From contig CAKOUO010000001.1 of NCBI GenBank assembly GCA_934120645.1, positions 67,273-131,272 on the forward strand: DNA of 64,000 nucleotides, read 5' to 3'. This DNA is from an uncultured Clostridia bacterium. GTDB lineage: Bacteria; Bacillota; Clostridia; TANB77; CAG-508. Positions within the stretch are counted from its first letter, which is position 1; every line of letters begins with the position of its first letter. A program made the translations under genes and the position numbers. Of this stretch, positions 59,053-64,000 are shown piece by piece. The notes under the pieces are model-generated. The model did no database searches. It had not been told where the DNA came from and worked only from the letters and a program-made list of their open reading frames with translations.

Positions 59053-60162
59053 ATGGAGTCAATAGATGAATTGTTAATAAAGTTGAAAGACCCAGAAATA
59101 CAAGTAGTTGTGCAAACAGCACCATCTATTAGAGTATCATTAGGAGAAGAATTTAATATGCCAATAGGGGCAAATGTTAAAGGAAAAATGATAACAGCTT
59201 TAAAAAAATTAGGATTTGATAAAGTATTTGATACAAATACAGGAGCAGATTTTACAATAATGGAAGAAGCTTATGAATTTAGTGAAAGATTAAAAAAAGA
59301 CGAAAAATTACCTTTAATAACATCTTGTTGCCCAAGTTGGGTAAAGTATGTAGAAAAAAATTATCCAGAATTATTGCAACATGTATCTACATGTAAATCT
59401 CCACATCAAATGCTAGGAGCTTTAATAAAAACATATTATGCCAAAAAAGAAAAAATAGACCCAAACAAAATATATGTTGTTTCTGTTATGCCATGTATTG
59501 CTAAAAAATATGAAATAAAAAGACCAGAAATGAAAAATAACGGACTTTTTGATGTTGATAATGTAATTACAACTCGAGAACTTGCAAATATGATAAAAGA
59601 AGAAAATATAGAGTTTGAAAATTTAGAAGATAGTGAATTTGATAATCCATTAGGAGAAGCTTCTGGAGCAGGAGCCATATTTGGAACAACAGGTGGAGTT
59701 ATGGAAGCAGCCCTTAGGACAGCACAAGATATTTTAACAGGAAAAAATTTAGAAAAGATTAATTTTAATCAAGTTAGAGGTGGAAGAGAAATAAAAAAGG
59801 CAACAATAAATATTAATAATAAAGATATAGAAGTTGTTGCTGTAAGTGGCTTGTTAAACACAAAAGAAATTATGGAAGAAATAAAAACTGGAAAATCAAA
59901 CTATAAATTTATAGAAATTATGGCATGCCCTGGTGGATGTATAATGGGTACTGGACAACCAATAAAGGATTCTAAGACACAAGCTGAAGTAGATATAAGA
60001 GAATTGAGAGCAGAGGGTTTGTATTCTATTGATGAAAAGTCCAATATTAGAAAAGCACATGAAAATCCTGTTGTTAAAAAAGTATACGAGGAATTTTTGG
60101 AAAAACCAGGAAGTTATCGTGCAGAAAAATTATTACATACGAATTTATATAAAATGCAATAG
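59053..60162 (+). CDS. [FeFe] hydrogenase, H-domain only (no N-terminal ferredoxin-like domains)
   Basis: H-cluster motifs TSCCPSW, MPCIAKKYE and EIMACPGGCIMGTGQP. The protein starts directly at QTAPSIRVSLGEEF. The ATG at 59053 follows AAAGGAG. Confidence 0.85.
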   Translation: MESIDELLIKLKDPEIQVVVQTAPSIRVSLGEEFNMPIGANVKGKMITALKKLGFDKVFDTNTGADFTIMEEAYEFSERLKKDEKLPLITSCCPSWVKYVEKNYPELLQHVSTCKSPHQMLGALIKTYYAKKEKIDPNKIYVVSVMPCIAKKYEIKRPEMKNNGLFDVDNVITTRELANMIKEENIEFENLEDSEFDNPLGEASGAGAIFGTTGGVMEAALRTAQDILTGKNLEKINFNQVRGGREIKKATININNKDIEVVAVSGLLNTKEIMEEIKTGKSNYKFIEIMACPGGCIMGTGQPIKDSKTQAEVDIRELRAEGLYSIDEKSNIRKAHENPVVKKVYEEFLEKPGSYRAEKLLHTNLYKMQ

Positions 60163-60191
60163 AAATTAATAATATAGACTATAATATAAAA

Positions 60192-60214
60192 ATAGCTTCT
60201 TATACAGAAGCTAT
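60192..60214 (-). terminator. Hairpin terminator of the minus-strand micro-ORF (also downstream of the hydrogenase gene)
   Basis: atagcttc-ttataca-gaagctat. The T-run is present only when read on the minus strand. Confidence 0.5.
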
Positions 60215-60219
60215 TAAAA

Positions 60220-60312
60220 TTATTTACAATTATTATTTTGTCTTTGATTATTTTGATTGTTTTCATTACTATTGTTCTTATTTTGATTATTTTTCTTATT
60301 AGATTTTGACAT
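60220..60312 (-). CDS. 30-aa N/Q/K-rich micro-protein (absent from the ORF track)
   Basis: MSKSNKKNNQNKNNSNENNQNNQRQNNNCK*. SD GGAGGTG 7 nt upstream. Its own hairpin plus T-run lies downstream. Confidence 0.4.
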   Translation of the reverse strand: MSKSNKKNNQNKNNSNENNQNNQRQNNNCK

Positions 60313-60464
60313 TGAAATGCACCTCCATTCAAGTTCTAAAAATATTTTCTCCTAAAAACATAAAAATATTCAACCAAAATTTGTTTTTTTTCTTAAAAAG
60401 ATATATAATATGAAACGAAAATAAAAATAAAACATAAAATATATAAAAAGTAAAGGAGGAAAAA

Positions 60465-61865
60465 ATGAATTACACAAATAAAAAATTAGAAGAATTTAAT
60501 GAATACATAAAATATAGAAAAGTTGCAGTGATAGGATTAGGGGTAAGCAATCTTCCATTACTTGATTATCTTTATGAAAAAAAAGCAAATGTAACAGTTT
60601 TTGATGATAGAACAATAGATGAAATACCAAAAGACATTTTAAATAAAATAACAACATACGGATTTGATTTTTCTTTTGGAAAAGAGTCATTAGAAAAATT
60701 AAAAGGATTTAATTTAATATTTAGATCACCTAGTTGTTTACCAACTAAACCAGAATTAAAAGCAGAAGCACAAAGAGGTGCAATTGTAACAACAGAAGTA
60801 GAAATGCTTATGGAAATGTGCCCATGTAAAATGATTGGGGTAACAGGTAGTGATGGAAAGACAACTACAACAAGTTTAATAAATGCTATATTACAAAAAG
60901 CTGGATATAATACTTTTTTAGGAGGAAATATAGGAACACCATTATTTACAAAATTGCCTGAAATAAAACCTGAAGATATACTTGTTTTAGAGTTAAGTAG
61001 TTTTCAATTAATGAATATGAATGTAAGCCCAGATATTGCTGTTATTACTAATATAACTCCAAATCATTTAAATATTCATAAAGATTATGAAGAATACATA
61101 GAAGCAAAGAAAAGCATATTTAAAAATCAAGATGAAAATGGAATATTAGTTTTAAATTATGATAATGATATAACAAGAGAATGTGCAAAGGAAGCAAATG
61201 GAAGAGTAGTATTTTTTAGCAGTAAAGAAAAACTAGATAATGGATTTATAGTTGATGATAATGTTATAAAAGAATGCGAAGAAAAAGTTAGAAAGCATAT
61301 TTTAAATACAGATGAAGTAATATTAAGAGGAAAACATAATTTTGCTAATATAGCAACAGCATTAGCAGCAACAAAAACATTGGTGGATTCAGACATTGCT
61401 GTCCAAGCAATAAAAGAATTTAAACCAGTTGAACATAGAATAGAATTTGTAAGAGAAATAGATGGAGTAAAATGGTATAATGATTCAGCAAGTTCTTCTC
61501 CTAGCAGAACATTATCAGGTCTAAATGCTTTTAAAGAAAACATTGTTTTGATAGCAGGAGGATATGACAAAAACTTAGATTATACACCAATAGCAAAACC
61601 TATTATAGAAAAAGTAAAGACATTAATTTTAATAGGTCAAACTGCTGAAAAAATATTTGATGTTGTTAAGGCAGAATCAGAAAGACAAAATAAAACAATG
61701 GATATTTATATGTGTGATAGTTTAGAAGAAACTATAAAAATAGCAAAAAAATCAGCTAAAAAAGGTGAAGTAGTATTATTTTCTCCGGCAAGTGCAAGCT
61801 TTGACATGTTTAAAAATTTTGCAGACAGAGGAAATAAATTTAAAAAATTAGTAAATGAATTATAA
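60465..61865 (+). CDS. murD: UDP-N-acetylmuramoyl-L-alanine--D-glutamate ligase
   Basis: VIGLGVSN, GVTGSDGKTTTT, NITPNHL. Confidence 0.93.
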   Translation: MNYTNKKLEEFNEYIKYRKVAVIGLGVSNLPLLDYLYEKKANVTVFDDRTIDEIPKDILNKITTYGFDFSFGKESLEKLKGFNLIFRSPSCLPTKPELKAEAQRGAIVTTEVEMLMEMCPCKMIGVTGSDGKTTTTSLINAILQKAGYNTFLGGNIGTPLFTKLPEIKPEDILVLELSSFQLMNMNVSPDIAVITNITPNHLNIHKDYEEYIEAKKSIFKNQDENGILVLNYDNDITRECAKEANGRVVFFSSKEKLDNGFIVDDNVIKECEEKVRKHILNTDEVILRGKHNFANIATALAATKTLVDSDIAVQAIKEFKPVEHRIEFVREIDGVKWYNDSASSSPSRTLSGLNAFKENIVLIAGGYDKNLDYTPIAKPIIEKVKTLILIGQTAEKIFDVVKAESERQNKTMDIYMCDSLEETIKIAKKSAKKGEVVLFSPASASFDMFKNFADRGNKFKKLVNEL

Positions 61866-61916
61866 CAAAAATCAAACCTTTCTCATATGATATAAAAAAT
61901 ATGAGGAGGTTTTTTT

Positions 61917-62525
61917 ATGTATGATGGAACATATGATGATTACATAAGAAGTATTTTGGGATATCCACAAAATAATATGTATGATTATAATTACAATGAT
62001 TTTAGGGCACAAAATAATAATAATATTTCACAAGAAGTTTCAAATGTAGGATTAGAAAATTATTATCCAGAAATTTATAAAATTGTATATCCTATGATTG
62101 CAAAAAAATGTCAAAATACTAGAGGACAATTAACAAATGATGATATTGAAAATATGACAGATGAGATATATTCTGCTTTAGAAGGTCAAAATGAAATACA
62201 ACTAAATATAAATTTGGCAAATAATGTTAGAACAGCATCAAACAATTTAAATAGTATTGACAAAAAAGCACAAGTAAAAGTATCAGAATCATCAAAAGAA
62301 AAAATAGAAACAAGACAAGTAAATAGTGGCTTAAGAGATTTGATAAAAATATTATTAATTAGAGAATTGTTAAATAGACCAGGTATATTTCCACCACGTC
62401 CACCAGTAAGACCACCAATGCCTGGACCAAGACCGCCAATGAGACCACCATTTAGACCTGGACCTGGAAGACCACCATTTTCAAGAGAATATGGAACATA
62501 TAATGATGATATATATGAAATTTAA
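61917..62525 (+). CDS. Hypothetical protein with a proline/arginine-rich C-terminus
   Basis: 202 aa with SD GAGGAGG. YYPEIYKIVYPMIAKKC. Then PPRPPVRPPMPGPRPPMRPPFRPGPGRPPF. Confidence 0.6.
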   Translation: MYDGTYDDYIRSILGYPQNNMYDYNYNDFRAQNNNNISQEVSNVGLENYYPEIYKIVYPMIAKKCQNTRGQLTNDDIENMTDEIYSALEGQNEIQLNINLANNVRTASNNLNSIDKKAQVKVSESSKEKIETRQVNSGLRDLIKILLIRELLNRPGIFPPRPPVRPPMPGPRPPMRPPFRPGPGRPPFSREYGTYNDDIYEI

Positions 62526-62554
62526 TTGACATAACACTAAAAATAGACTATAAT
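62526..62554 (+). promoter_or_regulatory. Perfect-consensus sigma-A promoter
   Basis: TTGACA, 17 nt, TATAAT. Confidence 0.6.
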
Positions 62555-62609
62555 AAATATATATATTTATATATAAACCATATGTTAAAGGAAGACAGGA
62601 GGAAAAATT

Positions 62610-62855
62610 ATGCGCTATGAGAAACTGAAAAAACTTGAAGAGGAATGGGAATATTATAAGAAATTATCAAAAGATAATTCAGAAATTCCACCTCGAATCA
62701 TTAATGACGAAAAATGGTCAATCGGAAAATCGGTTGAACTCACACTTGCTGAAATGAGAAAAAATGATGAATATGCAAAAGTTTCACCAGAGGACAAGGA
62801 AATTATCAAGGAAATTTTCGATTTCTTAAATGTTGAAGCTTTAACAAGGGACTAA
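62610..62855 (+). CDS. Hypothetical small protein with G+C-richer composition
   Basis: 81 aa with SD AGGAGG. Followed by the hairpin ggagaga-gaata-tctctcc plus ttt (62856-62877). Confidence 0.55.
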   Translation: MRYEKLKKLEEEWEYYKKLSKDNSEIPPRIINDEKWSIGKSVELTLAEMRKNDEYAKVSPEDKEIIKEIFDFLNVEALTRD

Positions 62856-63013
62856 GGAGAGAGAATATCTCTCCTTTAAAATTGTCAATAGGGACGGGCC
62901 TTTTTGACAACTTTTTATTTGGAAAAAAATGACAAATATGCAAAAATTAATTTGCATATTTTTTGTTTTACTACAAATAATAATTATGAAAAATTTTGAA
63001 AGGTGGTTATAAA

Positions 63014-63460
63014 ATGAAAGTTAAAGATTGTATGTGTAATAATGTTTGCTGTGTAAAACCAGAAACAAAAATAAATGAAATTGCTAAATTAATGAGCGAA
63101 AATCATATAGGATGTGTTCCAGTATGTGATAATAATAATTGTATTTGTGGAATTATAACTGATAGAGATGTTTTGTTAAGAACTGTAGCTTGTAATAAAG
63201 ATACATGTCAAACTACAGCAAGTGATATAATGTCAACAGATGTATGTACTTGTAAGGAAGATGAAGATATGACAAATGCAGAGAGTAAGATGGCATCAAA
63301 TCAAATAAGAAGACTTCCAGTATGTGATGAAAATAATCATGTAATAGGAATTTTAACATTAGGAGATTTAGCACAAAATGATGAAGAATTAGGAAAACAA
63401 CAAGTATGTTCAACAATAGATGAAATATGTGACTGCCATAGCAATAAAAATGCTGAATAA
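63014..63460 (+). CDS. CBS-pair domain protein, unusually cysteine-rich
   Basis: Two CBS motifs (HIGCVPVCD...GIITDRDVL and IRRLPVCDENNHVIGILTLGDL). 17 Cys in 148 aa by my count. The ATG at 63014 follows AAAGGTGG. Confidence 0.75.
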   Translation: MKVKDCMCNNVCCVKPETKINEIAKLMSENHIGCVPVCDNNNCICGIITDRDVLLRTVACNKDTCQTTASDIMSTDVCTCKEDEDMTNAESKMASNQIRRLPVCDENNHVIGILTLGDLAQNDEELGKQQVCSTIDEICDCHSNKNAE

Positions 63461-63562
63461 TTTTTCTAGGAGCTTTTATAATATTAGCTCCTTTTTTCTT
63501 GTGTAAATAAGTATTATTCTTTATCGAAATACATATAATAAATAGTAAAATGGGAGAATAAT

Positions 63563-64000
63563 ATGATTATTGATATGTCTTATTGGACAAGAGTGTGCAA
63601 GAGAATTTTATATGTTATAGCAATTTTAATAGGCTTAATTATAGCATTAAAACTATCTGTATTTTATATGCCTTTTTTAATTGCGTTTATTATATCACTT
63701 ATAATTGAACCGGCTATTAGATTTATTATGAAAAAGGCAAAATTAACAAGAAAAGCGAGCTCAATTATAATTTTTATACTGGTTTCGGTTATAATTCTTG
63801 GAGCTTTAACATGGGGAATTATATCTCTATTTTCAGAGGCTTCTAATCTTTTACAAGGTTTAAATGGATATATAGATAAAATATATAGATTATCACAAGA
63901 TTTTATAAATAAATTCCAATTTAATAAAATAAAATTACCAAATGAAATAATGCGGAGTTTTACAAAATTCTACTGGTGGAATTTTAAATACAGCATCTAA
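63563..64000 (+). CDS. YtvI/AI-2E-family membrane protein, 5' part; the frame ends at the window edge, and a +1 frame break after about 63950 is likely
   Basis: PFLIAFIISLIIEPAIRFIMKKAKLTRKAS is typical of YtvI-like permeases, which are about 350 aa. Frame 0 stops at 63998-64000, while the +1 frame (GVLQNSTGGILNTAS...) stays open to the edge. Confidence 0.6.
   Translation: MIIDMSYWTRVCKRILYVIAILIGLIIALKLSVFYMPFLIAFIISLIIEPAIRFIMKKAKLTRKASSIIIFILVSVIILGALTWGIISLFSEASNLLQGLNGYIDKIYRLSQDFINKFQFNKIKLPNEIMRSFTKFYWWNFKYSI

Noticed and set aside
60114-60332. 72-aa minus-strand ORF downstream of the hydrogenase gene.
   Set aside because: It is in the wrong frame relative to the strong SD. It overlaps the hydrogenase 3' end and spans the terminator hairpin. 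The 30-aa ORF in the SD-linked frame is the better, though still tentative, candidate.
62937-63020. 27-aa ORF (MTNMQKLICIFFVLLQIIIMKNFERWL*) upstream of the CBS gene.
   Set aside because: It has no convincing SD, spans a terminator-like hairpin, and overlaps the SD of the CBS gene.
1-64000. Scan for transposases, integrases, reverse transcriptases, restriction-modification or other known defence genes, CRISPR arrays and rRNA.
   Set aside because: I recognise none of these in any frame. The only toxin-like element is the zeta-family gene at the left edge.

Overview
Low-GC, Clostridia-like Firmicute chromosome segment. It is densely coding, mostly on the + strand, with no transposase, integrase, phage block, CRISPR array or rRNA. 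The housekeeping backbone includes cysE, rdgB, asnB, rpmF, cca, uvrA, valS, a DD-carboxypeptidase, tRNA-Leu(UAG), lexA, fba, smpB, murD and a near-complete fatty-acid synthesis cluster (birA-like, fabH-fabD-fabG-fabF-accB-fabZ-accC-accD ... accA-fabI). Accessory content is mainly cell-envelope related: a dockerin-bearing peptidoglycan hydrolase next to a membrane-anchored cohesin-like/cadherin-like protein; a TQXA thioester adhesin with its own sortase; a 907-aa FN3 protein with a pilin-like N-terminus; and a two-GT8, two-acyltransferase, flippase-like cluster. There is also a TetR-controlled heterodimeric ABC exporter and a zeta-toxin module at the left edge. Regulatory RNAs readable by eye are a c-di-GMP-I (GEMM-I) riboswitch at about 4272-4355 and a Val-specifier T-box at about 15690-15968. 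Observations worth a second look: (1) three +1 reading-frame breaks (cysE, tetR, ytvI-like), each at one of the very few in-frame CGG codons; (2) a GTCC/GGAC palindromic element copied verbatim at two loci and clustered at a third; (3) three small G+C-richer ORFs with their own promoters or terminators, one of which splits accD from accA; (4) an asnB 3' relic; (5) an H-domain-only [FeFe] hydrogenase. I see no clear complete novel multi-gene system. All family calls come from motif recognition by eye, and no searches were run.
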